From positions 79,980,001 to 80,044,000 of the forward strand of contig OX597817.1 in NCBI GenBank assembly GCA_951406725.2: a stretch of 64,000 nucleotides of DNA, written 5' to 3'. Origin of the DNA: Octopus vulgaris. Lineage: Eukaryota. The translations under genes were made by a program, and so were the position numbers. This document shows, in pieces, positions 13,648 through 25,994 of this stretch; position 1 is the stretch's first letter; the number at the start of each line of letters is the position of its first letter. The notes beneath the pieces were generated by a model. That model was not told the DNA's origin and searched no databases. It saw only the letters and a program-made list of their open reading frames with translations.

Positions 13648-13787
13648 TAGAAAGATATATTTTTTCAACATGTAAATACTGAATAGTATATATAAAGGAT
13701 AACATCCTATTAAGCGCAGAAAAAAAGGATATTATCCATTATATAGACTGTTCAGTATTTACGTTTGGATAAAAATATATCCTTCTA
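13648..13787. repeat. Imperfect fold-back inverted repeat (~55-60 bp arms)
   Basis: TAGAAAGATATATTTTTT..GTAAATACTGAATAGT..AGGATAA mirrored by TTATCC..ACTGTTCAGTATTTAC..AAAAATATATCCTTCTA. Confidence 0.8.
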
Positions 13788-14825
13788 CTTGTTCTACAAT
13801 ACATTTCAGCACTTCAAAAATAAACTTATGTCCATTTACATGTGACATAATATATATATTTATGTAAGACATGTTATATATGATTGCTTTTTACTGTGCA
13901 CATTATAAGTTGAATCTTGGACTCTGTTTATATACTGTTTTTCTGTTGTTTTCCTTTTGCTCGTACCTAGAGCTTACAAATTCCTGAATCAATGGAAGAA
14001 ACTCTACTTGGTTATTTGCCCCAGTTGAAAGATCACAAATTATTATCTTAAAAATGATTTTCCTAGTGAAGTTTTACAAGACCAAAATAGGTCTAGAGTT
14101 TTTGTTTGCCAGCTAAAATTTTTTTAATAAATTAGATGTTCTTGTAAATAATTATATTGATTTGAAAGATTAATTCATTATTTCTTGAGGTTATCTTTCC
14201 ATTTCTTTGAAAGTCACAAACTTGTCATTAGACATTTGTTTTCTTTCTCAAAATCTGGGGAAAATTTTAAATCATAAATCTTGTTTGTGTTATCATTACA
14301 TATATCAACCATCAACTTATATTGAAATTCTTGCTATTTTCCCACCTATTTCTATTTACTTACTAAAATATTTTGATTAAAGAAATTATGGTCTCCAAAG
14401 ATTCTGTGTGTGTAAAATACAGAGCAAAGCAAGCTTGAGCACTCTATAATATAATGTTGGATTCCAATAATACCAAGACATCCATTGTTTTACATTTAAT
14501 CTCAAGTATGGATCAGATTTTCCTTTGAACAAGTGAATTAATTTCATGAGATTAAATCTTAATTTCTTGAAAATATCTCTCCATAACATTAATGAAGAGT
14601 TACTAACAACTATTGCATGATTTGGGGATTTTTTACTCTCCAATCAGAAGTAATGTTCAATAAATGAATACTGTTTTTCTGTACACTATTGAAGTCATGA
14701 TCCCTTTCTCTTATTTCATGCATTTTGACACATTTGAGTTATTTCTATTAGCTAAATTTATTTCCTTAATTAAAATAAAGATATGTTGGACTACATAGCC
14801 ACAGCTACATAATTAAATAAATTAG

Positions 14826-14965
14826 AAAGGAACAGGAAATTATGCAATGAACTTCATTAGCTTATCACTGTTTCTGCTATAAGGTGATGTGCAAGCACTC
14901 AGTTCTGACGGCACTGCTCCTTATAGCAGAAACATCAGTAGGTTAATGAAGTTTCTTGTTCCTTT
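14826..14965. repeat. Fold-back inverted repeat with a decayed HHR-like core in the right arm
   Basis: ACTTCATTAGC..TGTTTCTGCTATAAGG / CCTTATAGCAGAAACA..GTTAATGAAGT; right side reads CTGACGG..TGCT-ccttat-AGCA GAAA C. Confidence 0.65.
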
Positions 14966-16871
14966 GTCATTTACTTAATTTCATATTATGCTCTGTACTC
15001 AACTAATGCTTTAGTCTGAAGAATATCTCTATATTGAGTTCTAACACCAGGTTATTAGCATCACTATGTCTAGGTAAGCCATTAAAATGGTCATATATAT
15101 CTAAAAAAGATGAGACAGACATAGACAGACTGTTTTGATCATAGATTTACTCAGTGAAGGATAACTTGCTGCTAACCAACACCAATTTGTAGATTAATCC
15201 AAACTCAACTATGTGAAATAAATTACTGACTCTACCAGTACTAACTTTATCATCAGACATATAGAAAGATGAAGAGAACATTTTTCAGTTAGCTGTCAAA
15301 TAACTCATTTAAAGATTAATGTACATTTTACACACTCTGCTGTTTATACTTTGCATATTATGTATTTTGTTCATATTGTACATTGCACATTTTATGTACG
15401 AGTACAAATGTGTTGAATTTAGAATTTGGTATTTTAATATATTACTATTTGGAAAGTGATTCACCATATTGATTGGTTGATAAATTCATTCCATACTATT
15501 AGTGATTAAGTCAAGAAGGAGATTTGATGTGGCCACTTGAACAGTTAGAAATAGTAGTTAAATTACACTCAGATAATTCCTTGCTATCTGAAATGCAATA
15601 GGAATCATTGGATAATGCCTTTGGTTATAGATCTGTTCGATTAGAGTTGATTTGGGTCTAAACATCATGATCATCAACAACACCAACAACAATAAAATAT
15701 TGGTGTCGATTGCAGAATTGTAGCTGGCAGCATTTGGTTTGATTCTTTATGTAATGAGTTCAAACTCCTGCTCAGGTTCAAATTGTCTTTCATGTTTCTG
15801 AGGTCAATAAAATAATTCCTGGGGTCATTGTAATTAACAATAACCTTGAATGTGATTCCTATGCTTGACCAAAATTCAATGTCTGAAACTAGTAAACATA
15901 TAAGAGATTATTTAAGGAATTAGACACAGAGGGAACACACACATATAGGCTGATACATACAAACATTCAGTGATTAACAACAAAAGCACAATCAAAAATA
16001 CAAATAAATGGTCCAAGAAATTTAAGATAAGCTCCTTAAAATATAACGATATAAAGATATCTATTTTTGGATAATCTTTTTGACCAATACACGCATTCTC
16101 ATTCTATCATTTTCTCTGTCTGTCTCTTTTCCCCTCTGTCTGTCTGTTTGTCAGTCTCTCTCTCTCTCTCTCTCTCTACTTGATCTATTTCTAAAAAAAA
16201 TCAAAGCAATATGAACAGTAACTTTAAAAAAATTTAAGAACTTAAAGGAACAGAAAATAAATTAATTTAAACAATAAAAATATTTTTAAAAAACAAACCA
16301 GACCAAATAACAAACAAAAACAAATGAAAAAGAACAATAAAATAGGACAGCATGAAATTGACAAAATATATTTTTAAAAAATAAGTGAAACAAATTAAAC
16401 TGAAAAATGAACAAAGAATATAAAATTCACAATGTAAACAAGAAAAATAAAACAAATCCTTAATAAGTAAGAATAAATTTTTTAAATAAAAACAAAATAT
16501 GAAAACCATAAATAAACTTTAGAAATTAAAAATTAATAGCCGTGTGGTTAAGAAGCTTCAATTACAATGATGGGGTTCATGGTTTGATTCTACTGCATTG
16601 CGCTTTGGATAAATGTCTTTTTCTATAATATAAGAACTCTAAGAGATGATAAACCAGGTTTTTAGACTGCTTTGGTGAGATAATCAGAAAAGCTAAATAT
16701 GTAAAAATATGTAAAAGAAAGAAAAGAAAAAAAGAGCCAGGAAAACAAAGATAAAGGAATATACACATACAATATATTTATATGCACATATACACACACA
16801 TATGTTAGTATCATTAATATATATATATATATATAAATGAAAGAATGGAGTTGAACGACGATTTAACAAAA

Positions 16872-16980
16872 TTCCTTTATTCTCGACATATGTTTCGAAG
16901 ACTGCATATTCCTAATTTCGAAGGAATAAGGGGTGCATTATGCTGCCTTCTCATCAGTAAAGACAAGGAACATATGTCAG
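16872..16980 (-). ncRNA. Hammerhead ribozyme in the PLE 3' end
   Basis: Minus strand: TTCCTT..TTTA CTGATGA GAAGGCAGCATA...TATGCAGTCTTC GAAA CATATG TC^ GAGAATAAAGGAA. Canonical core, long stem II, palindromic stem III, GUC site; predicted cut between 16885 and 16884. Confidence 0.85.
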
Positions 16981-17565
16981 CATCATGATGAACAAAAACT
17001 TTTAGATGACTGCCCACACGGAGTCCATAGTGATAATGAGTGTTTCTTTAAATATTCCGTTATAAGCAGTGACGTCAAAAATGGTTGAATGGAGAAGATT
17101 CTAGAAAGTTCAAGAGTTCAAACAAGGTTGGAAGGGGAGAGATCTAAGAATAGGAAGGTGACAGGGTGCAAGTCGTATGAATGGTGATGTGTTGTTGATT
17201 GCTTTTGCTAATGAGATTGAGTGCCTATGTGTGTGTATGTATATAACTGCCTTCGTGTCTATGTGCGTGTATGTGTGTGCGTGATTGTGTGTGTGGGTGG
17301 GTAGATGCCCAAAACAACTAGTGGTGAAGTGACAGGTTTGTGTCTGTGTGTTTGATTATGCTTACGATAGAGAGAGGGAGAGAGAGAGAGAGGAGGAAGA
17401 GGGAGAGAGAGAGAGAGGAGGAAGAGGTAGAGAGACAAAGGTAAAACATACCCCCAACGAATTTGGTAGTAGTCCTTCATGAAACTGAGTATAAAAATTG
17501 TCTATGGTGGTGTTGTATAAGTGGAACCAAATTATTAAATTCAAGGAGGTTATCTATTTTAATCG

Positions 17566-18345
17566 TCATTCATATGAGTGAAAGGTGTGTTTCTGCCAGT
17601 GCATGCACCTATAGGATTTTTCTACCATTGTGTTTACAAAAGGGAATTTGGCGAAAAGTATATGGAAAAGTTCGGAATTACAGACGCCACAAAATTTTCT
17701 GCCCTTATCAAACGGAAAGGATACAGACAATATGGACCATTCCAGCTTGAAAGTTACATTGCTGTCCTTAAGACGCCAAACTAATTTACTTAGTCCTGTG
17801 CTTTGTTGTTTTCTCTTATCTCGGAAAGTTGAATAATGATTGGAAATCCTTTGGGATAATTTAGAAGTAGTCGCCCCAATGTAGAAGAAGACACCGGTAC
17901 CGGAAGAAATTTTACACTGGTAAATGGAATTTCTAATTTTAGAATTGCTGGACAAGAACTTTAATCTGTTAGGGTTTACCTCCGAGACTAAGACGGAGTT
18001 TTTATTGTTATGATTGCTGTTAATATTATTGCTAGCATTGACCATTAAACTATTCCTGTTATTGCCATTACTATTAATTGTACTATCGTCGGCAATATCG
18101 ATGACTATAGGAATGCTGGGGTTGTTATCATCAATATTACCACTGTTATTATAAATGCAATCGTTACTACCACCAACACTACCACTGTTAATAATATTAT
18201 TATTAATATTACCATTGTTAATGCCAACGCTGCTATGAATGTTGCTATTATCAATACTATTTCTATTATTATTATTATTGTATGTTTGGTTGGAATTGGT
18301 AAGAGCAGTGTCGTAACTCCCGGGTGAAGAATCCTTATTGGTACA
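17566..18345 (-). CDS. PLE GIY-YIG endonuclease domain (partial ORF; reverse transcriptase domain absent)
   Basis: SIYQCKI..FYIGATTSKLSQRISNH..F..STGLSKLVW.LK..LEWSIL..CGVCNSE..VN..E..CMH.QKH matches PLE GIY-YIG motifs (IY, YIG, catalytic R, H, CxxC, C-x-H). By my manual translation the frame stays open about 100 codons upstream of the annotated ATG. Confidence 0.88.
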   Translation of the reverse strand, partial: CTNKDSSPGSYDTALTNSNQTYNNNNNRNSIDNSNIHSSVGINNGNINNNIINSGSVGGSNDCIYNNSGNIDDNNPSIPIVIDIADDSTINSNGNNRNSLMVNASNNINSNHNNKNSVLVSEVNPNRLKFLSSNSKIRNSIYQCKISSGTGVFFYIGATTSKLSQRISNHYSTFRDKRKQQSTGLSKLVWRLKDSNVTFKLEWSILSVSFPFDKGRKFCGVCNSELFHILFAKFPFVNTMVEKSYRCMHWQKHTFHSYE

Positions 18346-18350
18346 TGTCC

Positions 18351-18587
18351 TCAGATTGCACTGTCCTCAAATACTCTGAAATTTTCAGACTAGAGCTTCC
18401 AGCATAAATGTCAAATAGTACAGCAGTCGTTTCCAAATTTCTGGCCAAGTGAATTGCGTCATGTTTTTCTCACAGAGGGTACCCAGCTGACCCTACTATA
18501 CTGTGTAGTTGACAAAATAAAATACAAACAATACACATGCATAAAATGAAACATATAAAATGGCAACAATTTACCCATTACACCCTG
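18351..18587 (-). mobile_element. Left-end fragment of the DD37D (maT-like) Tc1/mariner element
   Basis: Aligns with 52650-52910; ends CAATTTACCCATTACACCCTG (TIR). Confidence 0.8.
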
Positions 18588-18654
18588 CATATATGTGTGT
18601 GCGTGTGTGTGCACGTGTATATTCATGTGTGAGTGTGTGTGTATTCATGTGTGT

Positions 18655-18880
18655 GTGTGTCTTTGTGCCTTTGTTTGTCCCATTACCATTGCTTGACAAC
18701 TGATGTTAGTGTGTTTACTTCCCCCATAACTTAGCAATCAAGCAAAAGAGACGGACAGAGTAAATACTAAGCTTACAAAGAATAAGTCCTGTAGTCAATT
18801 TCTTTCATGAAAAATCCGTTTAAGGTGGTGCTCCAGCATAGCTGCAGTCATATGATTGAAACAATTGAAAGAAAATGGAA
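18655..18880 (+). mobile_element. SINE family A, 3' half
   Basis: TTGACAACTGATGTTAGTGTGTTTAC...GGTGCTCCAGCATAGCTGCAGTC. Confidence 0.85.
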
Positions 18881-18935
18881 GAATACATACATACATATGC
18901 ATATATATACATATATATGAGTTTGTGTCTATGTG

Positions 18936-18969
<34 letters not shown>

Positions 18970-19238
18970 CGTATGTGCATATATATATATATGTGTGTGT
19001 GTATGTATATATAATTGAATAAGGGTAGAAATTGATATTAATCAATTAAAACCAGTGGCCAAGCATATTAAAGAAATCCGAAGATTAAAATATTTTTACA
19101 TACACAATTTAAAGGACACTTGACCGTCCACTTTTAGTGGTCAGTCCTTTAAATTTTGTTTGTATATATGACCGCGTGTGTACCATTGGCGATTTTTTTC
19201 CCACTGTCTTCCCTTCTCTGGATCTTTCCTTCTCCTAT

Positions 19239-19273
19239 CTTTCCGACGAAGAGCTCCGCTCGAAACGTTAAAC
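19239..19273 (+). ncRNA. Minimal type I hammerhead motif with CCGA core, in a PLE-pLTR-like repeat (about 19172-19372)
   Basis: TTT CCGACGA A GAGC TCC GCTC GAAA CG TT AAA. Confidence 0.7.
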
Positions 19274-19367
19274 TCTCCTTCCTTCCTTCTTTCCTGAGCG
19301 TCCAATAATACTATATTTGTACCACGTCCTCGCGTTGTTGTGTTTTTTTGTGCTTTCATGTTTGGAT

Positions 19368-19422
<55 letters not shown>

Positions 19423-19498
19423 GTATGTAACCGCATGTGGTCTGTTTGCAGTTTTTCCTCCTACTTCGTTCTTCCCTTTGGACTTTCCTATTTTTCCT

Positions 19499-19533
19499 AT
19501 TTCCGAAGAAGAGCTTTGCTCAAAACGTAAAAC
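19499..19533 (+). ncRNA. Second, degenerate minimal hammerhead motif in a related repeat (about 19428-19625)
   Basis: TTT CCGAAGA A GAGC TTT GCTC AAAA CG TA AAA; GAAA mutated to AAAA, so probably inactive. Confidence 0.55.
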
Positions 19534-19644
19534 AACTATTCTCTTTTCTCTCTGAGTGTCTTATTGCTTTTGCTATGTCCTTTCGTTTGTTTGCATTTAT
19601 CATTTTTTCTAGGGTTTTTTATTATATGTATACATATATATCTA

Positions 19645-19653
19645 TATATCTAC

Positions 19654-19715
<62 letters not shown>

Positions 19716-19716
19716 A

Positions 19717-19783
<67 letters not shown>

Positions 19784-19790
19784 ATATATA
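19645..19790 (+). repeat. (TATC)n tetranucleotide microsatellite; others at 40480-40540, 48295-48470, 51390-51455
   Basis: Visible run. Confidence 0.97.
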
Positions 19791-20664
19791 TATATATATA
19801 TATATATCTACACACACACTTCCGCTATGAAGACTGAGCCTTGGTTTTGGCTCAATTATGGAAATCCTTCACAGCTGAAACTTTATCTTCTTTTTCAGAC
19901 AACCTCAATCTACACACTCTACTTAACACACATGCACATGCACACACACAAACACACACACACATACACACACTCACACACACACACACATACACACACT
20001 CACACACACACACACACAAATAACAATACAATCAATTACAATCAATTACAATGACAACATCAACAGCATTTGATAAAGGAAAATATACAAGAAAAACCCA
20101 TCAAAATAACAAAAGAGAAAGCTACCCTTTGCCATTGAATCGCCCTCAGTGCCAGTGTCCGAATCCCAGCAGATAATGTCCATGCTGTATAACATATAAT
20201 TTTCCTTTTTTTTTTTTTGTTTTTTTGGGTTTTTTTTTTGCATTTTCTTCGTTGATTTTTTTTGTCATTGATTTTGTATTTGAGGGTTTGTCTGCTTTGT
20301 TTTGTTGGGTTTTTTCCTCCCTTGTTTTTCAAGGACATATCATATAATCACTGTCCATCTCTTACCCATCGTTGTAAACACACACACACACACACACACA
20401 AACACACATACACATTCTGCAGCCCAAACGCATGGCTACCATTATCCGAGCTGTAGAACATGCAAGTATCTTGGCTGACTACAGCCTGTAATTAAGTGGT
20501 ATTTATTTGGTTACATAGGGACTGATAACAGACAACCACAGCCGTCATTGTATGCAATTATCTCTGAATTTACCATCACTGACATCTCACACACAAATAC
20601 CTTAAAAAAAGAAAAGAAAAGAGACGAGACAAAAAAGAAAAAGATTGATGTCTTCTTTAATTCA

Positions 20665-20920
20665 TTTACTCTTTTATTTGTTTCAGTCATTTTACTGTGG
20701 CCATGATGGAGCACCGCCTTGGAGGGTTTTAGTCGAAAAATCAACTGCAGGACTCATTAATTTTTTTAGTACTTATTCTATTGGTCACTTTTGGCAAACT
20801 GCTAAGTAACTGGGATGTAAACATACCAACACCAGTTGTCAAGTGGTAATGGGAGGACCAACACAGACACAAAGATATACACACGTCAATATATACATAT
20901 ATACAACAGGATTCCTTCAG

Positions 20921-20922
<2 letters not shown>
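20665..20922 (-). mobile_element. SINE family A, partial
   Basis: TTGTTTCAGTCATTTTACTGTGGCCATG...GTTGTCAAG..GGAGGACCAACACAGAC. Confidence 0.8.
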
Positions 20923-21008
<86 letters not shown>

Positions 21009-21169
21009 GTGTGCGTAATATATATATATGCTTTTGTAAGACAATACATTGTTCAATAGTTAGGTGGTCTATGTATAATTAGTATTACATTTAAGTAAAT
21101 TAGCTTTATATTAATTAATATTTTAGTCAACTATATTATTGAGTAAAATATTAAATCTATAGATACTAC

Positions 21170-22511
21170 ATCATCATCATCGTTTAGCGTCCGCTTTACA
21201 TGCTAGCATGGGTTGGACGGTTCAACTGGGGTCTGGGAAGCCAGAAGGCTGTGCCAGGCGAGGCTGGCAACGGCCACGAACGGATGGTGCTTTTTACATG
21301 CCACCGGCACGAGGCCAGTCGGGGCGGTGCTACAGGTGCCAGACGAATCTGGTCAGTCGAGTCGGAGCTGGCAACGCACACGTTCGGATGGTTCTCTTAC
21401 GTGCCACCGGCACTGGTATCTCAGCTGCAATTTCCATTGATCGATTTCGATTCTGATTCTGACTTGCCTCAACAGGTCTTCACAAGTAGAGTTTTGTGTC
21501 CCAAGAAGGGAAGGTATACATAAGTGGACTGGCTACATCTCGTGTAGAAGGCCATGGGTTATGGTCTCACTTGTCCTGTCGGGTCTTCTCACGCACAGCA
21601 TACTTCCATAGGTCTCGGTCTCTAGTCATTTCCTCAGTGAGACCTAAAGTTCGAAGGTCGTGCTTCACCACCTCATCCCAGGTTTTCCTGGGTCTGCCTC
21701 TTCCATAGGTTCCCTCAACTGCTAGGGTGTGGCACTTTTTCACACAACTATCTTCATCCATTCTCGCCACATGACCATACCAGCGCAAACGTCTCTCTTG
21801 CACACCACATCTGATGCTTCTTAGGCCCAGCTTTTCTCTCAAGGTACTTACACTCTGTCGAGTATGAACACACTGACATTACACATCCATCGGAGCATAC
21901 TGGCTTCATTTCTTGCGAGCTTACGCATATCCTCAGCAGTCACGGCCCATGTTTCACTGCCATGTAGCATGGCTGTTCGTACACACGTGTCATACAGTCT
22001 GCCTTTTACTCTGAGCGAGAGGCCTCTTGTCACCAGCAGAGGTAAGGGCTCTCTGAACTTTGCCCAACCTATTCTTACTCTAGCAGTTACACTTTCAGCA
22101 CATCCGCCCCCGCTACTGACTTGGTCACCTAGGTAACGGAAGCTATCAACTATTTCTAGTTTTTCTACCTGGAAAGTGGCAGAAGTTGGTCTCAGACCAT
22201 TTTCAGTGTTTATTGCTCCTGAGCATCTGCCACATACAAAAACTATCTTCCTAGTTAGCCTTCCTTTGACACTGCTGCACCTCTTATGTGTCCATAGCTT
22301 ACACTTGGTGAATCTTATAGAGTTCCTACCTACACCTTTTCTACAGATCGAGCAGGGCCATCTACCTGAAGGCGTTTGTGATTTGTCTACCTTCCTACTT
22401 ATTAGGACTTTGGTTTTAGCTAGATTGACTCTAAGGCCCTTCGATTCTAATCCTTGCTTCCACACCTGAAACTTCTCCTCCAGTTCTGATAGTGACTCAG
22501 CAATTAGAGCA
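21170..22511 (-). mobile_element. 5'-truncated RTE-clade LINE (RT C-terminal half, 3' UTR, (GAT)n tail)
   Basis: ALIAESLSELEEKFQVWKQGLESKGLRVNLAKTKV..FRYLG..MLHGSETW..RLRWYGHVARM..RGRPRKTW; one frameshift near 21850; tail GGACGCTAAACGATGATGATG. Confidence 0.95.
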
Positions 22512-22924
22512 ATATAATTAGTTTATCTAATAGGTGTGTATATATTTGAACCATTTTCTATTTTTAGTTCCAATATTTATAGCTTGTACTAACATTATGT
22601 ATATTACTTAACACTAATGTTTTTTATATAAATTACTTAATGAGTTATAAGATTTTATTTAGATGTTTATTAAATAAATGAATGAATTAATTAATAATTT
22701 AATTTAATGTATATAGTTTAAATTATATTATTTAGTTTTCACTTAATGTATATTTTGGATCTTATATATGTATATATATATATATATGTTTGTTCTAAAT
22801 ATTTTAATTAATTGTATCTTATTTTTTAAATAAGAATATGTTTGTTAAGATATTTCGTATTTTACAAGATTATTTACGTATATTTATTAATGTATCTAAT
22901 TACTTATTTTATTATTGTTATCTT

Positions 22925-23030
22925 TAACCTGAAGAGTGGCTATATTTATATTGAAGTGATTTTACTACTACTACTATTATTTTTACTATTATCATTTCTT
23001 AAATATAGCCACGAAACACGTGTCGATATT
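22925..23030 (+). ncRNA. Type I hammerhead motif with 13-bp stem II, inside an AT-rich PLE-like remnant
   Basis: CTGAAGA (22929-22935) GTGGCTATATTTA...TAAATATAGCCAC GAAA CACGTG TC^; stem I poorly paired. Confidence 0.75.
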
Positions 23031-23186
23031 CTACCAAATATATACGTTTTATTTATTATTTTGCACATTACTTAATCATTGTTATATGTTTTATCTTATA
23101 TTTATTCTTTCTATAATATGTAATTTTTCTAAATGATATAATTTAATTTTTCATTATTGAATTGATAGAAGGTGTTTTTTTTTCTA

Positions 23187-23237
<51 letters not shown>

Positions 23238-23341
23238 GAAATATAATTTGAAATAAATTTGATTTAGTATTTCTAAATTAAATTTTTCCCTGTAAGTTTG
23301 GAATAATATTTCCTAATATTATTATTATTATTATTATTATT

Positions 23342-23403
<62 letters not shown>

Positions 23404-23409
23404 TGTATA

Positions 23410-23568
23410 CAAGTTTCTTTCAGGTTTTGTCCACCAAATCCACTCATAAGGCTTTGTTCGGCCTAAGGCTATAGTAGAAGACACTCGCCCATGGTCCCAC
23501 ACAATGGGACTGAATCTGGAACCATGTGGTTGGGAAGCAAGCTTCTTGTCACATAGCCACGCCTGCAC
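23410..23568 (-). mobile_element. SINE family A, 5' half
   Basis: CCAAATCCACTCATAAGGCTTTG..GGGACTGAATC..CATAGCCACGCCTGCACC. Confidence 0.85.
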
Positions 23569-23897
23569 CTTTATTTATTTTTAACTATTTTTATTTATTT
23601 GTATATATTTTTGCTTGTTGATTTCAGTTATTGGACTGTGGCCATGCTATGATAATGCCTTTGTTCCAGGATTTAGTCAATCATATTGACACCAGTTCTT
23701 AGTTGCGTTTTGTATATATCTTTATCAATTCTATTTGTTGAACCTCTTTGTTACAGGATATAAAGAGGACACAACATAAAAACTATACTAGTGTTTTGGA
23801 TCATCAAAAATATAAACTTGAAGGTATGCACCTACATATATACTATGTACATGTAGACATACACAGACATAAGCACACATATATATGTATATGCATG

Positions 23898-24270
23898 CAT
23901 GGTGTCTTGGGCAAGTGTCTTCCACTATTGCCCCAAGTTGACCAAAGCTTTGTAAGTGGATTTGGTAGACAGAAACTGAAAGAAGCCTCTTTTGCATATA
24001 CATGTATATATATATATGTCTGTGTGTGTTTGTATGTATGTGTGTCTGTCTGTGTGCGTGTGTCTTTGTGTCTGTGTTTGTCTCTCCTTCCCCCCACCGT
24101 TTGACAACCAGTGTTGGTGTGTTTACATCCTCATTACTTGACAATTAAGCAAAATAGATCACTAGAATAGTACCATGCTTTAAAAAAATGGGGTCAATTC
24201 ATTCGACTAAAAATTCAAGGTAGTGCCCCAGCATGGCCACAGTCTAATGATTGAAATGAATAAAGGATAG
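23898..24270 (+). mobile_element. SINE family A lacking the head
   Basis: TCTTGGGCAAGTGTCTTC...CCCAGCATGGCCACAGTC. Confidence 0.85.
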
Positions 24271-24334
24271 AAGATATATTGGCGTGCATGTATCTATGTA
24301 TGTATGTTTGTATGTGTATATATCTGTGTATGTA

Positions 24335-24551
24335 CGAGAGAGCGTTGAAAAGTTCCTGGCTTTACCAGTATCGTGAAAGGCCAGTCTGGAGGCCCAGTCT
24401 TCTGAGTTCTTTCACAGAGCTTAGAAAAATTGAAAGACTGTTGCAATAAGTGTGTGAATCTGCAAGGGGATTATGTCGAATAAAATCATAATTAACTAAC
24501 CCTTCTATATTTTCTTTCACCCAAAGCCAGGAACTTTTCAACATGCCCTCA
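24335..24551. mobile_element. Mariner-derived MITE (~217 bp) with TA target duplication; second, decayed inverted copy at about 50801-51016
   Basis: TA|CGAGAGAGCGTTGAAAAGTTCCTGGCTTT ... AAAGCCAGGAACTTTTCAACATGCCCTCA|TA. Confidence 0.85.
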
Positions 24552-24821
24552 TATATATGTATGTATGTATGCATGCATGTATATGTGTGTGTGTATGTAT
24601 GTATGCATGTATGGATGGCTGGATTGATGTATCTATATATGTATGGTACAGGCTTCTGCACATTTTCTATCTCTGGAATTTCACTCACAAGGTTTCGATC
24701 AACCCAAGGCTGTAGAAAACACTAGCTCAGGCTGCTGACAGTGGGATCAAGCCTGGAACCACATAACTATGAAGTGAACTTTCTAATCACATCATAACTT
24801 CTTCTCTCTCTCATCCCATTA

Positions 24822-25235
<414 letters not shown>

Positions 25236-25938
25236 TCTTTCCCTTAAAACAAGACAGGAGTAGAAATCCATTCATAAAACTGAGCTATCAATGGTAACAA
25301 CAACAGCATATTCTAAGAAATCTAAAACAAAACTCTTACTCAAGCTTTTAATCTCTAATTTTCAAAAAAATCCTTATTAAGGGAGAAAAAAGCAATGGAT
25401 TGACAAATTCAGTTGAGTGATATTCAAAGTTAATTCTGATATTCATTTATATCATTTTAAATTCAGTGTTCAAATCCTGTAGCAGATTTCCAAAGATCAT
25501 AAAAGTACCAGTCATATCAACACAAGACATTCCACCAGAGTTTGATTCCATGTTGTTGCTTGTGATATTATTATTATTAAAGATACATAAACAGTGAGCT
25601 GGCAGAATCAGTTGAATGCTGGACTAAATGCTTACAAATTTTGGTGACTCCGTAGCCAAAATCAGAAACTGCCATTGACAACAGAAAATTTGTTTGGAAG
25701 ACTTTGCTTGTCTACTGTGCAGGTATTTCTAAGTGCTTGTCCGAAACAAGAGTATAATATTTATAGTATTAAATTCACCCAAATTTACAAGAGAGCTCAT
25801 GAGCCACTGGCCACTGCTCATACTACTCAAACACCAACGACGATGAAAAGAGAGAAATGTTCCTTGGCTACTTTTTAATAACTATGTTAATGTAAGCATA
25901 TACATATATACATACATACATATATATATATATACATG

Positions 25939-25971
<33 letters not shown>

Positions 25972-25994
25972 GAGTGAGTGTATGTGTGTTTATG

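Larger units (their letters stand above)
16835..18350 (-). mobile_element. 3' part of a Penelope-like retroelement: Asn-rich linker, GIY-YIG endonuclease, 3' UTR/pLTR with hammerhead and AATAAA, ending in (TA)n
   Basis: GIY-YIG ORF 17566-18045; HHR at about 16872-16980; AATAAA at 16876-16881 (minus); 5' truncated where it meets a DD37D fragment. Confidence 0.88.

Noticed and set aside
14386-14643. 85-aa ORF as a host exon or L1 fragment
   Set aside because: Only a vague resemblance to L1 ORF2 (F.KGK, LYYR..KL); too decayed to call.
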